A stretch of DNA of 62,580 nt, filler included, from Bipalium vagum (Eukaryota): the NCBI GenBank assembly GCA_037834085.1. It is 3 parts of 3 records of this genome, joined end to end, with 100 filler letters (N's around TTAATTAATTAA, not from the genome) between each part and the next. Parts side by side here need not be neighbours in the genome. Positions count along the whole stretch, not along the records: positions 46,963 to 62,580 come from JBBMKC010155602.1; 2 more parts are not named here. One strand, 5' to 3'. This document shows positions 52,534 to 62,580 of this stretch, piece after piece. Made by a program: the position numbers and the translations under genes. The notes under the pieces are model-generated. The model was given only the letters and a program-made list of their open reading frames with translations, ran no database searches and was not told the DNA's origin. Each line of letters starts with the position of its first letter. Position 1 is the first letter of the stretch.

Positions 52534-54255
52534 ATGAAGAAGATTAATAGTTTCGATTTTTTCCATTTAATTCACGTTGTGAAAGAGCCAAATACCTTCA
52601 AACATTCGGATAATGTTCGAGATCATTTGAAAAGTGTTAGAAACTATTTTGAACAGACAAAATGTCCAGAAGATCTTAAAACACAGTTATTCTTAAAATA
52701 TCTAAGTCTCAGTGTTTTGGAAGACTTAAAATTACAAATGGATTACCATGATAAGGTTGATTTTGAATGGTATGAAGATAAATTACTTGAACTTTATGAT
52801 GACAGAAGGTCAATGGCCATGGTCCTTGTGGAATTGGTAAACATGAAACAGAAATTGCCAGAAACTATACTTGACTTTGCAACCAGGATTAAACAGAAGG
52901 TAGAAAATAGGAAAATACCAATTACTATGCAAGAAAATATTAAAGTACAAATATTTATTAATGGATTGTTCAAAAGAAACTATGCAATGGCTCTTCAAAT
53001 TTTAAATCCAAAAACATTGACTGAAGCTGTCAATATGATAAGGATAGATTTCAATATCAGCGAAAAAAGTAATGAAAACGATGATAATAGTAACCAGAAT
53101 AATGATTATTTGAGTATAATCAAATCTCTAACTGAAATAATAACCAATGAAGTTAAATCTTCTCAAAAAAATCAATCAAAGATTTCTGCAAATGAAGATT
53201 TAACTTTCTGTCCAGTTCCTTCCGAAGATTACAAGGTTCTTCTTTCGGAAATTGTGAAAAAATTTCAAAAATCTGAACCCAAAGGAATCATAATTTTCCC
53301 GAAATATAATGGAAAATTCAGTATTGTGGATATACCAGAAAATGATATAATGGTTGGAATTCCATTCGAAAATCAATCTTATGAAATAATCGGTTGCAAA
53401 AAGAATTGTGGATACATAATTTCTGACAGATTGACGAAAAAGCATGCAGTTTATAAGCTCCCAAGTGAAGAAACAACGGTGATCGGCCCTAGTGGAAATA
53501 TTCGTTTTGTCAAAAAGCCAACATTGATCGGTCCTTCGAAAGTGGATAATAAATTGGAAATTATTTCACTTCCTCAAAATCTTGTGGATGAGAACAAAAA
53601 TCATTTAACTTGTGAAGAAATTATTTCGATTTTAGAAATGCACACTGATAAAGAAATTAATGGAAAGAAAACCAGTCAGCATGACATCTTTGATAACTCA
53701 TTAGTAATAAAACCAAAAACAAGTAACGACTTTATACAGCCAATTAAAGCTGGAAATCAAATAAAATTTCCGATAAAGTCTGATGATACGGATTTAAATT
53801 CCATGACTGATCAGAATGATATTTATCAATCAATCGCAAAAGATGTTCAGAGTTATGAAACTATAGATTTTAATAGTTCTCAATGTTTGCAATTTTCTTT
53901 AGATATTGATCATTTAGAAAAGATCCGAACTCAACAACCTATTTCACTGAAAGAATGTAACAATGACGATGACTATGTAACACAATTAACAAAGGAACTG
54001 TTATTAGATGCAGACACCACAAATCTCGACAATTATAACAACATGTCAAGTGTTAACTCACAGTATTCTATAAGTGAAACCAACGTCTTTCAAACAATAA
54101 ATACAAATTCTATTTACAAAGAAGGCATGAATATTGATTCAAGTACAATAAATGTGGAACAACTAACAAACATGACGAAGAATATCAACGGTGAAAATAT
54201 TGGTTCTGAGAAAGTAGTGGGTCGGTTTAAAATCACTGCCGTCCATCAAAACTAA
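52534..54255 (+). CDS. Intact 573-aa stand-alone Ty3/gypsy Gag-capsid-derived protein with a novel C-terminal extension (candidate domesticated gag)
   Basis: aa about 17-170: EPNTFKHSDNVRDHLKSVRNYF, MHR-like MKQKLPETILDFATRIK, FINGL, PKTLTEAV. No CCHC knuckle, DTG/DSG protease or downstream pol; uninterrupted frame amid decayed TEs. Confidence 0.85.
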   Translation: MKKINSFDFFHLIHVVKEPNTFKHSDNVRDHLKSVRNYFEQTKCPEDLKTQLFLKYLSLSVLEDLKLQMDYHDKVDFEWYEDKLLELYDDRRSMAMVLVELVNMKQKLPETILDFATRIKQKVENRKIPITMQENIKVQIFINGLFKRNYAMALQILNPKTLTEAVNMIRIDFNISEKSNENDDNSNQNNDYLSIIKSLTEIITNEVKSSQKNQSKISANEDLTFCPVPSEDYKVLLSEIVKKFQKSEPKGIIIFPKYNGKFSIVDIPENDIMVGIPFENQSYEIIGCKKNCGYIISDRLTKKHAVYKLPSEETTVIGPSGNIRFVKKPTLIGPSKVDNKLEIISLPQNLVDENKNHLTCEEIISILEMHTDKEINGKKTSQHDIFDNSLVIKPKTSNDFIQPIKAGNQIKFPIKSDDTDLNSMTDQNDIYQSIAKDVQSYETIDFNSSQCLQFSLDIDHLEKIRTQQPISLKECNNDDDYVTQLTKELLLDADTTNLDNYNNMSSVNSQYSISETNVFQTINTNSIYKEGMNIDSSTINVEQLTNMTKNINGENIGSEKVVGRFKITAVHQN

Positions 54256-54341
54256 TTATCCTATGTACATATATATAAACTTTTTCCTTGAGTTATTCGA
54301 TTTTTAAATTTTAGCAAAATAATTGTTAAATTTTTAATGTA

Positions 54342-54347
54342 AATAAA
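54342..54347 (+). promoter_or_regulatory. Candidate polyadenylation signal of the gag-derived gene
   Basis: AATAAA 87 nt after the stop; weak evidence in AT-rich DNA. Confidence 0.35.
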
Positions 54348-57077
54348 ATATAAAGTACCTTAATTTACTTGGTGACTATAATCAATACTTTAAAAATGAA
54401 TTTTATGAAAATTCGCTTTAAATCACAAAATTTAATCTTGATGTAAAATTATCTTAGAATAAGAAATTTTAAAAATATACTTTTTTGTATTAAGGATTTT
54501 TAAAAAAGATAATTTAATTTACTTTTAAAACATAAATCTGAAAATATTAAATGAATCAGTATATTTTCTATTATAATTTAGTAATCAATATTTGAATACT
54601 TTTTTATTCCAACTATTAATTATGTTGAATTTTTCGAAAAAATAAAAAATAATTATATTTTTAGAACATTATTTGTTAATTCTGTTCAAAGCTGAGTTGG
54701 TAAATAAAAACAAATTTATTTTTATTAAGATTTATGAAAGTATATTTTATAATTTTATAGAATTTTTTAATCAAAAGATTATCAATATCAGTAAGTGAGT
54801 TTGAAATAATTATCAATGTTTTTTGAAAAGATCTACAATGTATCAATTTTAACGATCATACCAAATAACTTTTTTTAATCTTAATGTCTTTCAAATTGAT
54901 TTTGTCATCAACTTTAATAATTTTAATTACCAATTGACTATATTTTGTAATTAATTTTAAATTACAAACCACAATAGATAACGAATACTCATACAATTTA
55001 AAACATTCTGAATACCCGTATTTCACATACCTCAAGAAAGTGGTAATTATAAATGTAACTCAATTTTAAAAACATACAATTACATAATTGATTTATCAAA
55101 AATGAATTGTGCTAGTTGTGTAAATCATTTCATTAGTTACTCAATGCATCTTTTATGAATTTATCAATCTAAATTATTTTATTTGTTTATCAAATAGATT
55201 TTGTAATATCTAATTGAATAAGAAAAATGTTATTTCTTTAATTTTAATCAATAATGTACACACAGTTATGTTAATTAATCTTGGTACGATATAAATGGAA
55301 CTCAATTCATTTATATTATTAGTTTTACTCTGAATTCGAATTTATAATGTTCACTAATTTCACTATGAAAGATAATATTTGATTGTTTTTTTGTACATTA
55401 AAAAAATATTAGTAAATTTGAATAATTTTAAATAAGAACATTGTATCACTGAATATTTAACTAGTATTCTTTTCTTTTTATTCGTTCTTATACGTAAATC
55501 CGTAAATATATTCCTGCGATATATATTATATTAAGAAAATAAGGGTAAAATAAAATTAAATAATTCATAACCACAAATATTTAAAAAATAAAATTGCGGA
55601 TTTTAAAGCTGATATGAAACAGAATAAATACCTGATGATCAAAATCCAATTGAGCTATGAACAATATTTGATTTACATTAAATTAAATTTATTGTTATAA
55701 TTTGAGATAGAATTTAATAATGTTTAGGTAATATTTTTATTTTGTTAATTAAAATAATCGAACTTTCATAATCATATAACATTATAAAACCTTATTAGCT
55801 TTGTTTTAGTTGTGCGAAAAACAAATTATCAAAATTTTAAATAACGAGGATTAACTTTTATGATGATTATATTTTAATGAATAATCAAAACAGTGTTTTT
55901 TAATTTTTAAAAATAAATTTCTTATTCCAAAGTATATTTAACTTTTTATAATTTTTTAAAAATATCAATTAAATTAACAACTGTTTTTATTCCCTTTCAT
56001 AATGAATCTACTGATAAATTAAAGTTCATAATTTCTTATTCTTAGTAATTTGAAAAATGTAATTTACTTATTCAAAATTAAGTTTACAAGTGATGTTTAA
56101 GAACTCCGAATATTTTAAAAATTAGTCCTTTACTTTAAAAAATATCTTTCACATTAAGAAATATAGATTTCTTATGTATTTTTTTTAAATATTTAATTTA
56201 AATGATTTTAATTAAATATTAAAAAATAATTTTAAAAATCTATCTAATCTTTTTAAAATCTATCGAAAAACTCAAAGTTCAGTAAATTACTTTTTCAGAT
56301 AATATTTTACCAATTTCAGAGATTGTAAACTCTTGAATATTTTAAAAAGAAATTATTTATGTAAATTTTTAAAAATCTAGATTATATTACTATAAAATTC
56401 AGATCCATTTAAATAAATTTCAAGAGTTTTTAATTATTCTCTCATAGAACTAGAGTAAAATAAATAAAAATTGAAAATTAAAGTTAAATTATTAAATAGG
56501 TCGAGAATCAAAAATAAAGGAATAAAGCTAAAGATCATTTTCGAGTACAAGGACCTTTAAGAAATAAATGTAATTTTTGTTTAAAAACCAATAGAAAAGG
56601 ATTGATAAAAAAATAGTCAATCAAGTAAATTTTTACCAACCGCTAGAACTCTAAATTACCCATAGACTTTAGTATACTTGGATCCCTAAATAATAAATAA
56701 TTACTCGAAGTAACCTTTACTCTTTAGTAATCGAGAATCATTTATATTTCCTTAGGCTTACTATATTAGTCAAACTCAAAATTCTTTATATTACAAGGTG
56801 GAGAAAAGTCTTTACTAAGGACTTCTTTAGACTTAATTAAGTCGAGAAGATTCTCATTCTTCTAAGGAAAGTATACTAAAATAATACGAGTTTAGAACTT
56901 AAAAATTAAAGTTCTAAAAATTAATTTATTGCAATTATTCTTCATTATTTTTAACATTTATAACAAATAATTGACTTTTCTCTATAAATTCATAAATACA
57001 ACGGTATTTATTTAAAACGAAAAACAATTTACTTATTAAAAGATGTTGGATTGGCCAAAGGTACAAAACCCGATGGT

Positions 57078-57079
<2 letters not shown>

Positions 57080-57143
<64 letters not shown>
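57080..57143. repeat. (AAT)n microsatellite
   Basis: Perfect run; explains the poly-Tyr tail of ORF 57079..57306. Confidence 0.95.
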
Positions 57144-57189
57144 CGGGAGAATAATAAAAATAATAATTTGGGGAGAATTTGTAATCACA

Positions 57190-58260
57190 ATTGTTATTTA
57201 TTTTCATTGAAGTCTTGACGTCGGGACTTCGATGTATTAGAATAAAAACAATTCGAATCGAGAAGTTCAGGCCAGAAACGTGGGCAAATCGCCAAAACAG
57301 TCGCAAACATCACAACAACCAAGTGCCTAAACGCCTTTTCATCAAACGTCTCAGCCCCATCCAGACAAGTTATTCAAGACCCTGTAACAAAAAACCTAAA
57401 GATACATTAGGGCCAATATTTACCTAATAGTAGTGAAAAAGCCATGTTGCACATCGTTCAATACCAAAAAAACCCCTATAAAGAGTGTGTAAAGTTAATC
57501 AATAACCATGAAGTATTAAATTGAACCAAGCAAATGAAGAATTAGTAAATCCAACAAAAACTCTTCCTTTTACCCTACCTCTACTCGAACCAAAAAGTCG
57601 CGGTCACCAGATAATCAAATCCATATTTGAAAGCGGAAAAGCCGTAACGTTAACAATGGCCAATAGGTATAGTGCCACTAAAGCATCCGATCAATCAGAT
57701 TCGGAATATGAAGATTGCATCCTAACCATAGAGGATCCTATGGATACCTCTCTAGATATGCCCATAGTAACAACTAAGTCAGAAGCACAGGACACAGAAG
57801 TACTAAGCACCACAAATAAAGACTCTGATACTAGTAATAATACCGTATCGTCATTGACAAATAGAAAAAGGTTAAACCTTCCTATAAAAAAAATAAACGA
57901 CCAAAAGAAAAGCAAACAAGCAATAAATAAAGCCCCATAATACAGACAACACAATTAAACCTGTTCACTGACGTTGACGTACCTATATCGACCATCGCAG
58001 GTCGACCAATAAAATACCAAACGCAAGCAATTCATAACTTTCAAATACCTACGCAATTAATATCACAAAATGGTCAAATAATAACTATAAAAGGATTTGT
58101 GGCGGAGACAACAAGGCGAAAAAATTTTAATTCAATTACCAATCAATCAATCTACTTTTGAGGACAAAAGTTCTCAAAATGAGGGAGAAATGTGGAGACT
58201 TCCAGGCACAGACTTCCAAACACAGAACCAGACCAAGACCTCAATAAATAAACAAAACAA
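57190..58260 (+). mobile_element. Possible 5' fragment of a non-LTR retrotransposon (broken A/C-rich ORF)
   Basis: Strand-biased, interrupted ORFs 57191..57427 and 57521..57940 with an acidic S/T/D-rich low-complexity tract; no diagnostic motif seen. Confidence 0.3.
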
Positions 58261-58599
58261 AAACAACTAATGACATTTGCCTTTTGGTTAACTTAGTTAT
58301 TGATACAACGTGATTTAAACTTAGTGAATAAATCTCTCATCTGAACGTTACACACTATAAACCCTTCTGACTAAATTTCGAGCTTCGTTAAGTTTTGAAA
58401 GAGTAATAACTTAAAGCCTCATTTCGAATACTTAACAACATCATAAAATTAAAGATTGAGTCACATCAAAAGATTATGATTCATGTGTACGACTTATGAT
58501 TTATGAAGTTCCCATTGATTTATACAGAAACCAACCAAATTTCAATTCAAGTAGAAGAGTATGAAATGGCCAAGATCAAGAATATGGTGATTTTCCGGC

Positions 58600-61110
58600 T
58601 TCAGAGTTCCTGATCCAAATCTTTGAATATTTTCTGCTGCCCGATGATTGGGCTATGCCCCAGAGGACCTGGGAAGGGAAATTTTTGAAAATTTCCGAAG
58701 GTACCAAAATTTTACACATGTGGGTTTTAGCCCTTGGGGAAGGCGTTTTACCACATGTTGAATGCGGTAAAATTGTAATTTATACCCCCATTTTGCCGCT
58801 ACTGCGCTCAGAGAGGAACCACTCTTGGACGTTTCCTGCTGCTCGGCGGCTTCCAACCGGCCTGTCGTCTTCAATCAACATCGCTGAGATCCTGTGGCAC
58901 GGCCTAATGAATGCTCCGAAAATCCCCAATGCACCTGATTCCCTGTGGACCCCTCTTAGAGTCGGAGGAGGTGACTTTTTCACAAATTTCACTAAATTTT
59001 TAACTGATAAACTGAACTTTAAATTTTTATTTATGTATTTTTGTATGTTAGACATTTGTGTATATCCGTATGATGTGCTTCCTTCTCTTGAACTAGGCCC
59101 TTCTGGCCAAAATCCCCAATTTTATCGGTATTATACTTTATATGAGGCTCACCACCCTAATTCAGCCTATCCTTTTTACTATACCACTTACATCACCCAA
59201 TTCTTGGCTACTGACTCCTTTCTACCATCCCAACATCCTTCTGCAATGTCACCTTCCAACTCTCTGTCCTTTTCCTGTATTAAATATCAATTTATTAAGG
59301 TTTTTTACACCTTTAAAAATCTGCCATTTATGGGGAGCCTCAATATGAATTATTATATATGTTATAATTTTGTTTATCTCAAATCCCACCAAAATTTTTA
59401 CATTTATAAAATTTTTTAAATTTCTGATTCTTATGGTGAAAAAATTATTAAGATCCGTGGCCGGGATCAAAAGCTATGAGGCTTTTAATTTCGAAATATT
59501 TATTAATTATAATTTAAATAACTCTAAGATTGTACTTAGAGTTATTTCTTATTGTTATTTTTATTATCCATCGATCTGTTATATAAAGTATTTCTGTCCT
59601 TCCATCTTGGATAATCCTTTGGCTCTTCCTATTGTCGTCCCCTGGCCATCCTCTACTTCCGGTTCTGCCCTCTTCCAACATTGTCCTGCTAAAAATTGGC
59701 CTTTTCCTCAGGACCTTCCTGCCCCAATGGCTCCTACTCCAGCCGAACTGTGACCATCAAGCGTGGTCTTGATAAATCTATTGAGGAAAAATCTAGCGAA
59801 TTTATACCCATCTGGTTCCCACAATCATTGGCTTCTCCTCCACCCTCTACTACTCTGCCTTCCAAGCCGGCCATTTCGTTAACTTCCAAACCTGCTGATC
59901 CTCTTCCAGATCCTCCTACGAAACATGTCTCCTTTAAGGATGCCGTTTTTTCTGGACCAAAAATGTGCAATCTCCCTAAGACACTGCAACCCTCGGAACC
60001 GCGGAAAACACCTCAACCGAAGGGTCTGCCCTCGGCAGCAGAGAAAATTTAGCTCCCGAAGTCTGATACATTACAACCGTTGAAAGATCAGGCGAGAATT
60101 CTTCCTACTGAGGATCTCTTGTCAAAGTTTGCCCTCAGCCCTCCCAAGCGGTGGGTGAAACGGCCTCTCATCTCAATATTGACTCTGATCCGCCTTCTCC
60201 CCTGGTGGACTATCCTGATAATGTGGCTTTACCACCTGCACCTGCTTCTTTTGATGTGGAATGCCAGGTGGACCTGACATACATGGACCAATCAGTACAG
60301 ACTGAACGGCATACTGTTGATGTTTCTGTCCAAGCTGAGTTGCCGGCCCTTCCGCGACCATCTCAAATTAACACTCCAAGACGCTTTGGCCCTCGTGGTC
60401 GCCTCTACTGTAACCCCTTTGATTACGGTCAAGCATCTCCTCCCCTCTTCTCTGGACAGCCGCCGACTCCTTTTGAAGTAACATTCTCTCCACTGGTTGG
60501 ACCCCTTCCTTCGTCTTCTGTAGATGTTCCCCTAAGACCCTGCTCCATTAGTCTCTCCGGATCTGTTCCCCGCTGCCCTGATGAGGTTTCATCACCTGCT
60601 CCACTCTCTCGATGTGTCGCCATCACCTCGATCCCCAGCTCGCTTGAGGTTCTGGAGGTGGATGAAGAAGACCTAAATTCGGATTCTCTCTCCCTGGACC
60701 AGACTGTCGACCTTGGCGCCATCAATTTTTCCGGTCATTGCGGTTGCTCTCTCCATGGATGAGCTGAAATGTGCCCATTGTCGAAAGACATATGGAATTA
60801 AATACGGGAAGAGCATGAACCTGGACAAGCATCTGCACCAAGTCCATCAGATTGAGTCGAACGGCACAGATTTATAAATGCATCTGTGGGCTGATCCTCA
60901 ATTGAGAGGCTTTTTTCCCTCACATCGCCTCCCATAAACGGGCACCTTCCTCGACCCCGAGCCAATCAATGGATGACATCCCAGTGACAGAGGAAGACCG
61001 TACCTCCAGTTGACTTGGAGGGCATGCAATTGAGGCCTATATAAGGGCCAACATCTCGGACCCTTTAGTTATCTTTGTTAGGCCCGAGGCCTGCGATTGC
61101 CCTCATACAG
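58600..61110 (+). mobile_element. 5' part of a NeSL-clade non-LTR retrotransposon: structured leader, Pro-rich region, C2H2 zinc finger, start of a Ulp1/C48-like protease
   Basis: GC-richer island; Pro/Ser-rich frames 59696-60762; CAHC-x15-HLHQVH finger at 60770-60847; DIPVTEEDRTSS*LGGHAIEAYIR (60969-61050) resembles the Ulp1/SENP I.IT..D...WL....I..Y motif; truncated before RT. Confidence 0.72.
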
Positions 61111-62478
61111 AGGAATTGAAAAAAGAAAAAATTGAATAAAAATTAAATAGAATAAAATATAAATAAATAATATCATAAATTAAAACAAAAAAAATACAAA
61201 AATACAGTAAAAAATAATATAGTAAGTATAACTTACTAAAAATAGATTTTATATAAAAAAATTAAATAACAAAAAATATAAATGGGAACCTATAGGTATT
61301 AAAGAAAATATTTAATTTATTATTAGTAAATTATTACTGCTAAAAATAAAATTTATTATTTTATATAAAAACGATCAACATTTCTGTTGAATCGTACTTA
61401 AAAAAAAATAGATCAAACTTAGAAAACAAAACGTACCTAGAAAGCATTTGCATAAACGTCAGACAATGAAATTCCTACATAAATAGCGAAAAATTATTCG
61501 ACCACAAAGATAGCTGAACATTTCTATAAAAGCACAGTATCACATATTCCGTCAATATTTCAAGCTTACAAGTAATTTATTTGTTATAATTATATTATTA
61601 TTTCTTTTTAATATTAAACTTTAATTTTGTAATAAATTAAATTTAATTTTTTAATAAATTACACAACTGTTTTAATTAATTGCCTTGAAAATAAATGTTA
61701 GGGTCTAACCCTAAAATCAAATAACTCTTTATTTTTTCCTCATTTCTGTCGCAGATTTTTTATTTTTGTAGTTCACACACTAATTAGTGCGGTGAATTAC
61801 ATATCTTTGAGACACTGATATTTTTATCAGTGCGAAAAGATTTCCTTCCTTTAATTAATCCTAAACTCTGGCAAAGTTTTCTTACAGAGGATTGTTCAAA
61901 CAGCAATCACTCTTGCTTTGTAAAGTCACTCAACCAATTGTTATTTAATATTAATAGTTTATAAAATATTATGTTATTTTAGTCGATCAAAAATCATAGT
62001 CAGATCACGCTTAAATCAACCTTCTAACCGTTAAGCTCTTAGTTTAGACTTAACAACAACATCCCACATATTACTCTATTAATGGAAAGTCTTATTTTAA
62101 ACCAATCGAGAAATCAGAAATTTGAAAATCAGGAATTTACTCGGCGCTTGGTTTTTACATTCAATTCGCACTTAACTTCGCTTTGACAAGTAAGGTAAAA
62201 TTTGCTATTTTAAAGGTAATCGACCTTTCCGTTTTTGTTTTCTTTACTAACCGATTTTGATTCGCTTTAGGCAACAGAATACGTATTTTTGACAACAGGA
62301 CTTCTTCGGTTATCATAAAACCAAGAATACTTTAATTAATTAATATTATTGTGATAAGAGAGATTTATTTTTGTTTTATGAAATATATTTTTCTAAAACA
62401 AATAACGTTATTTATACTACCTTTGAAGGAGTAGGTGAACCAAAATCTACCATATTTATTTATAGTTAGCAGTTAATA

Positions 62479-62580
62479 CAGGGTGCGCCAAAAGTTACTT
62501 CCCACCTAAAAATGATCATAACTTTTTGTAATTTAAATAATTTTCAAATTTTATTTTTTAGATAAATTATATGAACAATG
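62479..62580. mobile_element. Terminus of a Tc1/mariner-superfamily element cut by the window end
   Basis: TA|CAGGGTGCGCCAAAAG start, similar to the CAGGGTG terminus at 39124. Confidence 0.6.

Noticed and set aside
57079-57306. Poly-Tyr ORF
   Set aside because: Antisense translation of an (AAT)n microsatellite.
58380-58600. FIQKPTKFQFK, piggyBac-like KPxKxG motif
   Set aside because: A single short degenerate motif; not enough for a call.
58655-59419. 254-aa ORF
   Set aside because: No recognisable domain, runs through hairpin-rich and AT-rich blocks of the retroelement leader; not called as a gene, though a real ORF cannot be excluded.
61698-61714. TTAGGG-TCTAA-CCCTAA telomere-like inverted pair
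   Set aside because: Single units only; insufficient for an interstitial telomere or chromosome-fusion call.
1-62580. CRISPR arrays, rRNA/tRNA genes, prokaryotic operons
   Set aside because: None seen; the sequence is eukaryotic with introns, and no regularly spaced repeats or tRNA cloverleafs were recognised.

Overview
Very AT-rich animal genomic DNA (spliceosomal introns, a class A GPCR exon, AAT microsatellites). The transposon mix would fit a flatworm such as a planarian, but the species cannot be established from sequence. It consists of three contigs joined by two artificial 100-nt spacers (N44-TTAATTAATTAA-N44). Most of the window is decayed, often nested transposons: many mariner (DD34D) copies, Tc1/Tc3, maT (DD37D), rosa (DD41D), ITmD37E, IS630-like, pogo/Tigger, Merlin, hAT (including a MITE with an intact TSD), Ty3/gypsy gag-protease debris, and 3' and 5' pieces of NeSL/Utopia-clade non-LTR retrotransposons. 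Host genes: the first coding exon of a tachykinin-type GPCR (20131-20504) and several phase-compatible exons of one or two unidentified helical-repeat (TPR/ARM-like) protein genes (35952-46545). The standout is the only long intact ORF, 52534-54255 (573 aa). It has a Ty3/gypsy Gag capsid domain, no zinc knuckle, protease, pol or recognisable LTR pair, a novel C-terminal extension ending in an RFxI docking-like motif, a splice-acceptor-like site just before the ATG and a polyA signal after the stop. This makes it a candidate domesticated capsid gene, conceptually like Arc/PEG10/PNMA. All family calls are by-eye motif recognition, not database searches; edges of decayed elements are approximate.
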